DNA of 63,121 bases, counting the filler, from Saprolegnia diclina VS20 (lineage: Eukaryota): assembly GCF_000281045.1 (NCBI RefSeq). It is 4 parts of 3 records of this genome, joined end to end, with 100 filler letters (N's around TTAATTAATTAA, not from the genome) between each part and the next. Parts side by side here need not be neighbours in the genome. Positions count along the whole stretch, not along the records: positions 1 to 22,974 come from NW_008246106.1; positions 23,075 to 35,713 come from NW_008246106.1; 2 more parts are not named here. The stretch is one strand, 5' to 3'. Position numbers and translations under genes: made by a program. A model generated the notes under the pieces. The model made no database searches. It worked only from the letters and a program-made list of their open reading frames with translations, and was not told where the DNA came from. Positions 22,237 to 33,684 of the stretch are shown one piece after another. Every line of letters begins with the position of its first letter. Within the stretch, counting starts at the first letter, position 1.

Positions 22237-22824
22237 GTGGACGTCATTGCTCTCCACGGCGGCTACGACGCGCCCGACCAGGTCGCGTTTGGCAATGCGC
22301 TCGTCGAGCTCGGCGAAACCAACTTTATTTTGTCGTTCATTCTGCACGGGCTTACGCTCGACCGGCACACGCTTGCGGCCACGACGACATGGCTGCACCG
22401 CGTCTTGCGCACGACCGGCTGCGACGACGGTGTGTTTAGCGCTCGAGGGCATTTGCACATGCGCACGCCTTTGGACCCGTTGATCGAGCATGGCGCAGAG
22501 CTCGTCATCGAGCCGCTCATCGATCGTTGTTCCTTTGCAGAGCTAAACCGTTTGGCAACCATCGTCCATACGTCCACCGCGCCGCACGGTCTCGCAACCG
22601 ACACGACGGCGTTCGATAGCCCAGCTCGGCTGCTCGCGCTTTGCCTCGAGGCGTACTTGCGCCCGCACAAGGTGTTGACGAGCTTGACACGAACAGCGTG
22701 GCGCGACGTGGAAGCTGTACGCGAATGCGATGGCCGAGGGCGATGTCACACCCATGTGAAACTCGCTGCAGGTGACGCTGGCGTGCAGTCTGCACAACTG
22801 TCTACTCGTTTCTGGACGATATGA
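22237..22824 (+). CDS. Hypothetical protein fragment on a short contig between gaps
   Basis: About 190 open codons with coding-like composition. No recognised motif. Confidence 0.3.
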   Translation: MDVIALHGGYDAPDQVAFGNALVELGETNFILSFILHGLTLDRHTLAATTTWLHRVLRTTGCDDGVFSARGHLHMRTPLDPLIEHGAELVIEPLIDRCSFAELNRLATIVHTSTAPHGLATDTTAFDSPARLLALCLEAYLRPHKVLTSLTRTAWRDVEAVRECDGRGRCHTHVKLAAGDAGVQSAQLSTRFWTI

Positions 22825-23018
22825 CGACCGGGTTTCTGCATCTTCGCTCCCTTCAAGGCGAACGGAGAAATGGCGCGCGCAACCAGCGCATGGTGCGGGC
22901 CAAGGCGCTCATCGACCCCACGCTCGCGATGAACTAGCCCCAACCCGCTTCGACCCTAACCCTGCATGTCGCAANNNNNNNNNNNNNNNNNNNNNNNNNN
23001 NNNNNNNNNNNNNNNNNN

Positions 23019-23030
23019 TTAATTAATTAA
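23019..23030. other. Artificial contig-joining linker TTAATTAATTAA (stops in all six frames)
   Basis: Identical 12-mer embedded between N runs three times in the window. Confidence 0.95.
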
Positions 23031-23984
23031 NNNNNNNNNNNNNNNNNNNNNNNNNNNNNNNNNNNNNNNNNNNNACCCTTGGTCGTACGCATCCCTCCTA
23101 CTGTAGTGCCAAGTAGCGTGCGTAAGTACTGTAGTTCAGCGTCAAATGTGGTCAAGTTGATACATAACCAACCTCGATTTGTCCGAGCCCAATTTTGTGA
23201 CGGCACTGATAGCTATCGCAGGAGTCTGATCGCACATTGCATAAGCCGTCAATCTCTCGAAACCAAGCGACAGTAACATGGATCCTAGAGTCATTTCCGC
23301 TGTTTTCATTTTGACACATCCACCTTGTGCCGCTTTTTGACAGAGGCTACCACCGTGGCGCGCCATCAGCTTTGCTGCGATCATTTGTCATACCATGTGA
23401 TCGCAACAGACGACTGGAAACGCCCAGCTCACCATACACAGCATACCCAGCACACGCCCGACTCACACTTCGCCATTCGNNNNNNNNNNNNNNNNNNNNN
23501 NNNNNNNNNNNNNNNNNNNNNNNNNNNNNNNNNNNNNNNNNNNNNNNNNNNNNNNNNNNNNNNNNNNNNNNNNNNNNNNNNNNNNNNNNNNNNNNNNNNN
23601 NNNNNNNNNNNNNNNNNNNNNNNNNNNNNNNNNNNNNNNNNNNNNNNNNNNNNNNNNNNNNNNNNNNNNNNNNNNNNNNNNNNNNNNNNNNNNNNNNNNN
23701 NNNNNNNNNNNNNNNNNNNNNNNNNNNNNNNNNNNNNNNNNNNNNNNNNNNNNNNNNNNNNNNNNNNNNNNNNNNNNNNNNNNNNNNNNNNNNNNNNNNN
23801 NNNNNNNNNNNNNNNNNNNNNNNNNNNNNNNNNNNNNNNNNNNNNNNNNNNNNNNNNNNNNNNNNNNNNNNNNNNNNNNNNNNNNNNNNNNNNNNNNNNN
23901 NNNNNNNNNNNNNNNNNNNNNNNNNNNNNNNNNNNNNNNNNNNNNNNNNNNNNNNNNNNNNNNNNNNNNNNNNNNNNNNNNNNN

Positions 23985-26048
23985 CTCTCGCTCACGCACT
24001 CGTACTTTGACATTGACGTCAAGACGAACCCACTGCTGCATCTCTGGTCGCTCGGCGTCGAAGAGCAATTCTACATCTTTTGGCCGCTGCTCGCGTCGCT
24101 GCTCATGCGTCTGAGCTACCGCAAGGCGATCGCACTGCAGCTGGCGGTCGTCGTCGTCAGCTTTGGCATCAACGTGAGTCTTCTCGGCGTTCAAGGCAGC
24201 AACAAGTGGTCGTTTTACATGCCACTGAGTCGGTTCTGGCAAATGGCGCTCGGCGGTCTTCTCGCCTACCTCCACTGCACAGCGATCGTCGAGGTCGAGG
24301 TCGAGGTTGAGCCCGAGGTCGAGCCCGAGACAGAGACCGAACCGTCGGTCCTCGAGCACGCGGTGCAGCGCGTCGCAGCCATGTACGTTGCCGCCGCGCC
24401 GTCCAGCCGCGACCAAGTCGTGTCGATTGTCGGGCTCGGACTCGTCCTCGTTGGCTTTGCCAGCGTGAACGAAGACCGGCTCTTCCCGGGGTTCTGGGCC
24501 CTTCTCCCGACGCTCGGCGCGACGCTGCTCATCGCCGCCGGTCCCGACGCTGCCTTCAACAAGCATGTTTTGGGCCATCCACTGCTCGTGTACATTGGCA
24601 AGATCAGCTACTGTCTCTACCTCTGGCACTGGCCGCTCCTCGTCTTTGCCATCGAGCGGTACCCGGACGCGAGCAGCCGCCCAGCGTACATGGCGCCGTG
24701 GGTCATGCTTGGCATCTCGCTGCTGCTGAGCGTTCTTACGTACGAAGACGTCGAGAAGCGGCTCCGGCGCCGCACGTCCAAGCTCGTGACGCCGCTGCTC
24801 GTGCTCTGCGTGATGGCGCTCGGGGTCCTTGCGGCGCTCGCGTATGCGTCGCCGACGCACTACTCGGCCATTGAGCTCGACTTGGCGGCCAGCATGGACT
24901 CGGACTTTGCTTCGACAGCCGATATGTCGGTGGTCGCGACGACAGCGCCGGCAGGGGTGATCCAAGACGTGGTGCCAACGGCGACCTTGGCCGCGGTCGT
25001 CGCACAAGTGAACGCATCGACGGCTGCTGCTGCATTGAATGCGTCCACGGACCTTGCCCACAGCACGGTTGCGCCGGTGGCAGCTGCCGAGATCAAGGCG
25101 ACAGTGGCGCCGACGCCTGCTGTCCCCAAAAATTTCGCCAAGACGACGGTAAAGATGGCTCGTCATGCTATTGCCGACGGGGAATGGGATAAACCCATAC
25201 CTGGTTATTGCCCGACCGACACGCCGTATATCACAACCGCCAAGCTCCGCGAGCCATTCCCGTTCAAGGACCCGACGTACGCAGGGTACCCGGAGCGGTG
25301 CCAGGCCATCAACCCTAGACACGAGGCTAACGGCGTCATCGTCGTCCTCGGTGACTCGCACGGTGACATGTCCAAGCCCCGCTTTGCACAGCTCTTCAAC
25401 GAGAGCATTGCGGCCAAGCAGCCGTTCCCGACCGTCGTCTTCAAGACCCGCTGGGGCCGCGCGATGCTGCCGTGCCGCCCCGAGTTTGCGCAGAACATCG
25501 AGATGCTCAAGACGCTCAAGCCAAATGTTGCGCTCTTCGTCGTACACTGGGTGCAGTACCTCAACCCAGGCGCCCCAAAAAACAAGCCAGCAAGCCACCC
25601 GCCGGTGTGCTGCATGTACGAAGGCGCCCCGTGCAAGGAGCAGAGTCTCGCCGATGTCGATGCGATTCTGGCAGAGTTCCAGAGCCAACTGCTGGCCGTG
25701 TCTGCCCTCGGCATCAAGGTGTTTGTCGTCGACCAGAGTCCCGAGTACGCGCGCATAAACCCCAACGCATGGATCCAAGGCGACAAGGTCAAGCTCCCGG
25801 CGCCCGTGAGCCGCGCAACCTTCCAAAAGGAGAAGACCTGGCTCTTTGAGCGCCTGCATCCGACCTTCACGGCGGCCAACGCCACCGTGATCGACTATGC
25901 GGACGACTACTCGGACGGCGATACGCTCAAGCTGACGGACGCATATGGCGAGCCCACGATGTGTTTCGGCGGCCACCTCTCGACGTACACCGCACGCAAG
26001 CATCTCCACGTGCTCGATCGGGTCGTGCAGGCTGCATTGGTCGTCTAG
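23985..26048 (+). CDS. Acyltransferase-3 + SGNH-domain O-acetyltransferase (OafA/OatA-like); 5' part lies in the gap
   Basis: NPLLHLWSLGVEEQFYIFWPL, RFWQMALGG and YIGKISYCLYLWHWP. Multiple TM helices, Ala/Thr linker, VLGDSHG and C-terminal GHLS. No introns in the visible 2 kb. Confidence 0.92.
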   Translation, partial: LSLTHSYFDIDVKTNPLLHLWSLGVEEQFYIFWPLLASLLMRLSYRKAIALQLAVVVVSFGINVSLLGVQGSNKWSFYMPLSRFWQMALGGLLAYLHCTAIVEVEVEVEPEVEPETETEPSVLEHAVQRVAAMYVAAAPSSRDQVVSIVGLGLVLVGFASVNEDRLFPGFWALLPTLGATLLIAAGPDAAFNKHVLGHPLLVYIGKISYCLYLWHWPLLVFAIERYPDASSRPAYMAPWVMLGISLLLSVLTYEDVEKRLRRRTSKLVTPLLVLCVMALGVLAALAYASPTHYSAIELDLAASMDSDFASTADMSVVATTAPAGVIQDVVPTATLAAVVAQVNASTAAAALNASTDLAHSTVAPVAAAEIKATVAPTPAVPKNFAKTTVKMARHAIADGEWDKPIPGYCPTDTPYITTAKLREPFPFKDPTYAGYPERCQAINPRHEANGVIVVLGDSHGDMSKPRFAQLFNESIAAKQPFPTVVFKTRWGRAMLPCRPEFAQNIEMLKTLKPNVALFVVHWVQYLNPGAPKNKPASHPPVCCMYEGAPCKEQSLADVDAILAEFQSQLLAVSALGIKVFVVDQSPEYARINPNAWIQGDKVKLPAPVSRATFQKEKTWLFERLHPTFTAANATVIDYADDYSDGDTLKLTDAYGEPTMCFGGHLSTYTARKHLHVLDRVVQAALVV

Positions 26049-26192
26049 GCTCGACCCCAGCATGCTAATAATCTTTCCAGCATTAGATATGTATATTAGT
26101 CAATCGAATACCTTTTTTTTTCATCAAATTCGCTTATGTAGTGCCCGTGCCCTTTCGACCCCGGACGGTTTTCTCAGTTGGTCGCGGCAAGC

Positions 26193-29100
26193 ATGGTAGC
26201 AACGGTACGCGCGACGGTCTGCGCGATGCAGCTCACGCTCCATAGCTCCACGAGCAACTCTATCACGCTGCGCGGTCGGGCGACCACAGCGCCGTGTCGG
26301 TCGCCCTCAAGCGCGGCGCCAACGCCAACACCGAGACCGAGGTCGGTTCGCAGCATTTCCATCCGCGAGCGCATTTTGAGCGCGTAGGGCTGGACACCAC
26401 TGCTGCGCGCCGCCCAGAATGGCCACAGTCTCGTCGTACACTTCCTCTTGCGGTCGATGCCCGACGTCAACAAGCCCACAAGCGTACGAATGACAGCAGC
26501 AACAGCTCGAGCAGACGTATGCGAATGTCTAGGACGGGGCCACACCGCTGTACATGGCGAGCCAGAATGGCCACGACAGCGTTGTTGCGTTGCTCATCCA
26601 GGCGAATGCCGCAGTCGACCAGAGCAAGAAGGCAGCACTCGGAAACACTAGATTTTGCGTCATAGTTCTGTAGGACGGCGCCACGCCTCTCTACGTTGCT
26701 GCCCAGAACGGCTTCGATGCCATCGTCGAGCTCCTCTTGCAGTCGGAAGCCAACGCCAACGCCCGAAAGCTCGTACGGAATGTATGAACTCGAAAACACT
26801 CATGGTTTCTGCAGTCGGGGTCGACGCCGCTATACGTGGCAGCCCAAAACGGTCGCGAAGGCATCTTGAAGCAACTGCTGCAAGCGGGGGCCGACGTGAA
26901 CCTTGGCAACAACGTACGCTCGCGCCCTCGGCTTCGTCTTCGAAGGCATGTGTCTAGGAAAACGCAACGCCACTGTACGTGGCAGCAGCCAAGGGCCACG
27001 CGACAGTAGTCGCCATGCTCGTGCAAGCTGGGGCCGATCTCACCAAGAAAAAACAAGTACTTTGGTGGCCTTGGATCTCGCAAATAACGTGGAAATTGTA
27101 GGCGGGAACAACGCCCCTGATTGCAGCGGCCTTCAACGGCCACAGCGACATTGTAGCCTTGCTCATGGAAGCGAGCTCGGACGACGGACCAGCGGTACGA
27201 CACTGGTAACTTTCATTTGCGCCTCTATGGTTCGTAGGACGACTGGTCACCGGTCTGGGCCGCTGCGTTCAGTGGCCATTCAAATGTGCTGCAGCGCCTC
27301 ATCCTCGCCAAGGCCGATTTGAACAAGTGCGACAAGGTATTTTCTCGGTAGAAAGAGTTGACCGCATCCAACATAGGACGGCTGGACGCCACTGTGCGTG
27401 GCAGCACTCAATGGGCACGCCAACGCCGTCCGGGTCCTCTTGGACGCGGGGGCCGACATTGACCGCGCCACCAACGTACGTTTTTCACATTTTACGCAAG
27501 TGGTAGAATACTGTCGGCAGTTTGGCGCCACGCCGCTGTACATTGCGGCGCAGAATGGGCACGAGCACGTGGTCAAGGTGTTCATCGAGGCCCGCTCGCA
27601 CATCAACCAAAGTCAGCGCGTACGTTCGATGTCGTCGAGGAAGTATTTCCAATTTAGTCGACTAGTCGGGCGCGACACCTCTCTACGTGGCTGCCCAAAA
27701 CGGCCACGCCAACGTCGTCGCCCAGCTTATTGCTGCGAACGCGGATGTCAACAAAGGCGCCGAGGTAGTCACGCCATGTGCTGCGTCACGCGTACTTGTG
27801 GTGCTAGCTGGGCGCAACGCCGTTGTACATTGCAGCACAGCACGGTCACAACCCAGTCGTGGCGCTCCTTCTCAACGCAAAAGCCGTTGTCGATCAAGCC
27901 ACTCACGTACTATAACGTCCGACTAAGATCTGCACCCTAACATTACATGCAGACGGGTGCGACCGCGCTGTACGTGGCTGCGCAGAATGGCAACGCGACG
28001 CTGGCCAAGCTCCTCGTGCAAGCCAAGACCGACGTCAACAAGACGTTCAAAGTTCGTCCCGCACGACCCTAATCGCGCTCACGTAACCTGTAGCAAGGCG
28101 TGTCTCCGTTGTGGGTTGCTGCCTCTAAAGGGCACGTTTCAGTCGTCGCTGTGCTCGTCCAAGCGCATGCCAACCTCGATCTTTGCAACGCCGTACGTTC
28201 GCACGCTTGATACAGTCGATTGCATCGAGCGACGTAGGACGGGCGATCGCCGCTCTGGATCGCTGCCTTCAAGGGATTTGCTCCAGTCGTGGCACTTCTC
28301 ATACAGTCCGGCGCTCAAATCAACCTCGCCGACACCTCGGTAGTACTATCTCTCTCGTTCGAGCCCTTAGCTGCTACTAGGTTGGTGCGACGCCGCTATA
28401 TGTCGCGGCGCACAAGGGCCATGATGCTGTCATCTCGGTGCTGCTGCAAGGCGGTGCTGCAGTCAACCAAGCCGCTTCGGTGCGCGTCGAGCACTCTACT
28501 TCCAGCCCATATGTTTATCTATCTAGGATGGCTGCACGCCCCTGTCGACGGCAGCTTTCAACGGACTTGTCTCGGCGGTGGCACTCTTGATCGCAGCGCA
28601 AGCCGATGTGGACCTGGCCAAACATGTTGGTGCCAGCACGTATCGCCCTTTGCTGAGGCGAGATATTGCGTAGGATGGCACGACACCGACGTACGTGGCA
28701 GCGCAGAACGGCCACACCGCCGTCGTCGAAGCCCTTCTCGGCGCCAAGGCCAAGGCCAACACCTGCCATAAAGTATCCCTCTTCATCGATGTAAGATTTC
28801 ATGCAGTGGACTTAGGATGGACGTACGCCTCTGTGGATGGCTGTTTGCAACGGTCACGAAGACGTGGTCCGCCACCTTGTGCTGGCCGCTGTCGACGTCG
28901 ACAAAAGCCACAAGGTGCGAAGCATCAGTCCCCGTCTAGTACCAAATGACGTAGGACGGGCGCACCCCGTTGTGGATGGCAGCGTTCACGGGCCACACAG
29001 TCTTGGCGCAGCTTCTTTTGGAAGCGGGCGCCGATCCCAACAAGAGCCACCGCGTACAACGTGTCCTACCACATGGCGTTTCACAGGTTCGTTGGTCGTA

Positions 29101-31334
29101 GGACGGCCGCTCCCCGCTCTGGATGGCGTCCTTCAACGGCTTTGGCAATGTTGTCGACGCTATCGTGCTCGCCAAAGCAGACATCAACAAGCCGCACAAG
29201 GTACACACTCGCCTACGTTCTAGCCTCTTACGACTGCAGGTGGGCGCGACGCCGCTGTACGTGGCGGCCAACCAGGGCCACGCCAACATTGTCCAAGCCT
29301 TGCTCGCCGCTCACGCGGATCCAGATCTAAGTCACAAGGTGCGCATGTGTCCTGTATCGGCTGCGTGACGAGCGAAAGGACGGACGCACGCCGCTGTGGA
29401 TGGCGGCCCTCAACGGCCATTACGACGTCGTCGACAAGCTCCTGGAAGCACACGCCGATGCAAACAAATGCCACAAGGTCCGCTCGCGACTGCACCAGAC
29501 CATCATGGTTGGCTAGGACGGGCGCACGCCACTGTGGGTTGCAGCCTATGGCGGGCACGGAAGTGTCGCGGCCTTGCTGCTTCGCGCGGGCGCCGATAGC
29601 ACCAAATGCGACGAGGCGGTGCGGCAACCAGAAAAACTTGCATTTTTTATGCATCGAGCAGGTGGGCGCGACGCCGCTGCACGTAGCGGCCCAGCGAGGC
29701 CACCCGGCGGTCGTCGAGCGTCTCATCGAGGCTCACGTGGACCTTAACTGCTACAATGACGTACGCTCCGCGCTACTCAGAAGCAAGGCGCGGACATTTG
29801 GAATAGGAAGGCGCAAGCCCGCTGCTTGTAGCCGCTCAAAGCGGTCAAACTGCCGTTGTGCAGCGATTGCTTTTCGCCCAAGCCGACTGCAACCAAACCG
29901 ACACCGTAGTGTTCCGCACAGTAAGGAGCCGTGTTCACCGTGGGACAGATTGGCCGCACGCCCTTATACGCCGCGTCTCGCAACGGATCGAACGACATCG
30001 TCGCTGCCCTCTTGCGCGCTGGCGCAGACGTCGCTTTGGCGAAAGAGGTAGTTTCCGAGCTACGCGCATCTTAGCGACTCTTCTCTAGTCGGGTGCCTCC
30101 CCTCTGTACGCTGCGTGCAAGTACGGCCAGCTCGGCGTTGCAAAGCTGCTGTGGAAATCGAATGCCAATATCGACCAAAGCCGCGAAGTCGATGGATGAT
30201 ACAGGCGACTGGCGCTCACGATCGCGTAGGACGGGCAGACACCGCTGTTTGTTGCCTCGCAGTACGGCCACGACGCCGTCGTCACCTGGCTACTGCAATC
30301 GAACGCCGATGTCAACCAGCCCAAAGATGTACTACAGCATTGACGTGTGCATCGGCTCATTTGACATTAGGACGGAATCCATCCGCTCTATATCGCAGCG
30401 CAAAACGGCCACGACCTTGTTGTTGCCCAGCTCTTGGCCGGAAACGCAGCCTTGAACCAAACCGACGCGGTACGTACGGAGGGGATACAACAGTTCCAAC
30501 AACGGTGCAAGGCGGGCCGAACCCCCTTGTACGTTGCCGCCCAGAATGGTCACAAGACTGTGGTCTCCCTCCTTCTCGACGCTGGCGCCAATGTTGCCCA
30601 GAGCAAAAAGGTACGAAGATTGTGCAATACCTGTGTGTCATACGACACTAGTCGGGCACGGGACCTCTCTTCATTGCCGCAAAGACCGGACAAGTCGATG
30701 TCGTACGCCTGCTTTTGGACGCAGGTGCCGACTGCAACCAGTGTCGTAACGTACGAGCCACTGGAATGTATCTGCCATTGTGCATCGCTGCTCTATCTCT
30801 AGGATGGACAATCACCGCTGATGGTTGCAGTCGAAGCGGATCACCGAGAAATTGTCGATACCTTGCTGCTTGCAAAAGCCGATGTGGACCAAAGCACTGA
30901 TGTTCATGACGGCTCGGTCACGGTTCAGAGTCTCACGCTGCTTTTCTAGGATGGCTCGACAGCACTACATATTGCGGCGGCGGCGGGGCTAGAGGCTATC
31001 GTATTGAAGCTTCTGCAGTGCCACCCTGATGCGGATCAGTGCAATTATGTACAAAGACTTACGATGAACTCGATGGCTGACATTGCTCACTGTTTCAGGC
31101 CGGACAGACGTCCGTGTGGGTGGCTGCAGCCAATGGCCACGTGAACGTACTCTCGCGGCTCCTTGAAGCTGGCGCAGACCCATCGTGCCCCGACAACGTA
31201 CGCATTGTATGATAGCGGTCTTTCACTCATTTCTTATTCTGAGCTAGTGCGGTGTCACGCCGCTGAGTATTGCCACTAAGAACGGGTACGGCGATGCGAC
31301 GACAATACTTGTCGAAGCGTGTCGCCGACAATAA
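26193..31334 (+). CDS. Ankyrin-repeat protein, about 36 repeats, one repeat per exon (about 37 exons, all introns phase 0)
   Basis: Successive exons read (D/S/V)G.TPL(Y/W).AA..GH..VV..LL...A..(N/D), each 31-34 codons, separated by ~40-55 nt introns (e.g. AAC|GTACG...TAG|GAC GGG). First exon MVAT at 26193-26204, stop TAA at 31332-31334. Confidence 0.92.
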
Positions 31335-32832
31335 TGACGCGCTCCCAACAAACATGATGTATCAACACGTGAAGCCTATCTTTGATCTACGCCTTATTTA
31401 GTTGTGCGCGCGTTTTGCTCCTTGAGGTCAATGTCCAGCCTAAGCTGAGTTTCTTATTCTTAGTATCCTCCGTGATATGGACGTCAGTTGTCGACTATAA
31501 CCCGTTCAGAACAATCGCATCAATGTTTATTTGCGCCTGCATGTCACGGAAATTTTAGAGGGCAACAGATACGAGTTTTAGCAATATTCCGTCAATTGCG
31601 AGGCTATAATTTATTAGTATAAATCTCTTCTGTTGTTTCTATTTCCTATGGATAAACGATTTGTTTGCACTCAGCCACATTTTGGTCCATTTGTTTTCCC
31701 ATTGACATTTGCTTCATGGGACTAGAATTCTCCTTCCTGGCTGATGAAAGAGAAAATTGTGCAATGCATGTCATTTGTTTACTTATNNNNNNNNNNNNNN
31801 NNNNNNNNNNNNNNNNNNNNNNNNNNNNNNNNNNNNNNNNNNNNNNNNNNNNNNNNNNNNNNNNNNNNNNNNNNNNNNNNNNNNNNNNNNNNNNNNNNNN
31901 NNNNNNNNNNNNNNNNNNNNNNNNNNNNNNNNNNNNNNNNNNNNNNNNNNNNNNNNNNNNNNNNNNNNNNNNNNNNNNNNNNNNNNNNNNNNNNNNNNNN
32001 NNNNNNNNNNNNNNNNNNNNNNNNNNNNNNNNNNNNNNNNNNNNNNNNNNNNNNNNNNNNNNNNNNNNNNNNNNNNNNNNNNNNNNNNNNNNNNNNNNNN
32101 NNNNNNNNNNNNNNNNNNNNNNNNNNNNNNNNNNNNNNNNNNNNNNNNNNNNNNNNNNNNNNNNNNNNNNNNNNNNNNNNNNNNNNNNNNNNNNNNNNNN
32201 NNNNNNNNNNNNNNNNNNNNNNNNNNNNNNNNNNNNNNNNNNNNNNNNNNNNNNNNNNNNNNNNNNNNNNNNNNNNNNNNNNNNNNNNNNNNNNNNNNNN
32301 NNNNNNNNNNNNNNNNNNNNNNNNNNNNNNNNNNNNNNNNNNNNNNNNNNNNNNNNNNNNNNNNNNNNNNNNNNNNNNNNNNNNNNNNNNNNNNNNNNNN
32401 NNNNNNNNNNNNNNNNNNNNNNNNNNNNNNNNNNNNNNNNNNNNNNNNNNNNNNNNNNNNNNNNNNNNNNNNNNNNNNNNNNNNNNNNNNNNNNNNNNNN
32501 NNNNNNNNNNNNNNNNNNNNNNNNNNNNNNNNNNNNNNNNNNNNNNNNNNNNNNNNNNNNNNNNNNNNNNNNNNNNNNNNNNNNNNNNNNNNNNNNNNNN
32601 NNNNNNNNNNNNNNNNNNNNNNNNNNNNNNNNNNNNNNNNNNNNNNNNNNNNNNNNNNNNNNNNNNNNNNNNNNNNNNNNNNNNNNNNNNNNNNNNNNNN
32701 NNNNNNNNNNNNNNNNNNNNNNNNNNNNNNNNNNNNNNNNNGTGCTTACTTGTGTTACATATTGAAGCCGACCGAACTTGCCAGCTAGTTTTGGTCCATT
32801 CGGTGGGCTCATGTTGAGATGTTGAGATATTC

Positions 32833-33005
32833 TATATATATATGAACGTGTTCCGCGTTATCTTCATTATGACACAAAGACTTCGCATACGTAGCGCTAC
32901 GCCTGAATGCGTGGGAGTTAATAAGTAAACAAATGACATGCATTATATATATATGAACGTGTTTCGCGTTATCTTCATAGTTACACAAAGACTTCGCATA
33001 CGTAG
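32833..33005. repeat. Direct repeat of about 60 bp (two near-identical copies, period about 111 bp)
   Basis: TATATATATGAACGTGTTYCGCGTTATCTTCAT...ACACAAAGACTTCGCATACGTAG at ~32833-32894 and ~32945-33005. Confidence 0.85.
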
Positions 33006-33611
33006 AGACTAGCAATCTCCTTCTTCTTCATTCGCTCGCCGGTCCGTGGCTGCGCAGGCGGCGGCGCGGGGGCTCGTCTGGCTCTTCTGTCGTCGCCCAA
33101 CGACGCTTGTGGCCGCGGGTGAGGAAGGAAAACCATGGCGATCATCCGCGCGCATTTCGTTAGGCCGGAGTTGTCATGTAGTTCTTGTAGTCTTCGGAGA
33201 TGCGGAGAAAAACCACCGTACGAAAACCGTCGTATGAAGGCTCAGTATAGAAATTGGACGGTACGACGGGTCGCGTCGGCATGGTCATCACATCAGATCA
33301 GTGTACATCCAGGGCTTTGCCGTTATCCATCGTAGCCGCGCTAGGTCCCGTTTATTGCTGCGTTCAGACCAAGCGCTGCGAAGATGAGCTGGTTGAGGTC
33401 GCTGTATATACCACTGACTCTCGTGCACGCTCTCGAAACTTTACAGCGTTAACGTTAGCGGCAACCCATACCGAGTCCACATATAGTAGCACAGCTTTAA
33501 TACAAATTCGTGGCCGGGATACTAAAATAACGAATAAGTGTAGACCTATGCATACCTATGGTATGGACACCTAGTGCGGCGTACGTTATAAGATAGTGCG
33601 CTAGTACAAAA

Positions 33612-33684
33612 AGTCCTTGACGGGACTCGAACCCGCAATCTCCGCCTTCGGAGAGCGATGCCTTATCCATTAGGCCACAAGGAC
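33612..33684 (-). tRNA. trnR-CCG: tRNA-Arg(CCG)
   Basis: Reverse complement is GTCCTTG TGGCCTAATGGATAAGGCA TCGCT CT-CCG-AA GGCGG AGATT GCGGG TTCGAGT CCCGT CAAGGAC. Perfect acceptor stem, A/B boxes, and a T-run Pol III terminator after it. Confidence 0.95.

Noticed and set aside
23463..26063. 866-aa minus-strand ORF and similar antisense ORFs (e.g. 10893-11669, 51041-52210)
   Set aside because: These are shadows of GC3-rich genes on the opposite strand, with no recognisable motifs.
26193..31334. Ankyrin pseudogene or CRISPR-like repeat-spacer array
   Set aside because: All stops and frame changes fall within GT(GC)-AG bounded segments, and the spliced product is continuous.
20753..32817. Long X-filled ORFs in the ORF track
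   Set aside because: They are artefacts of translating N gaps.
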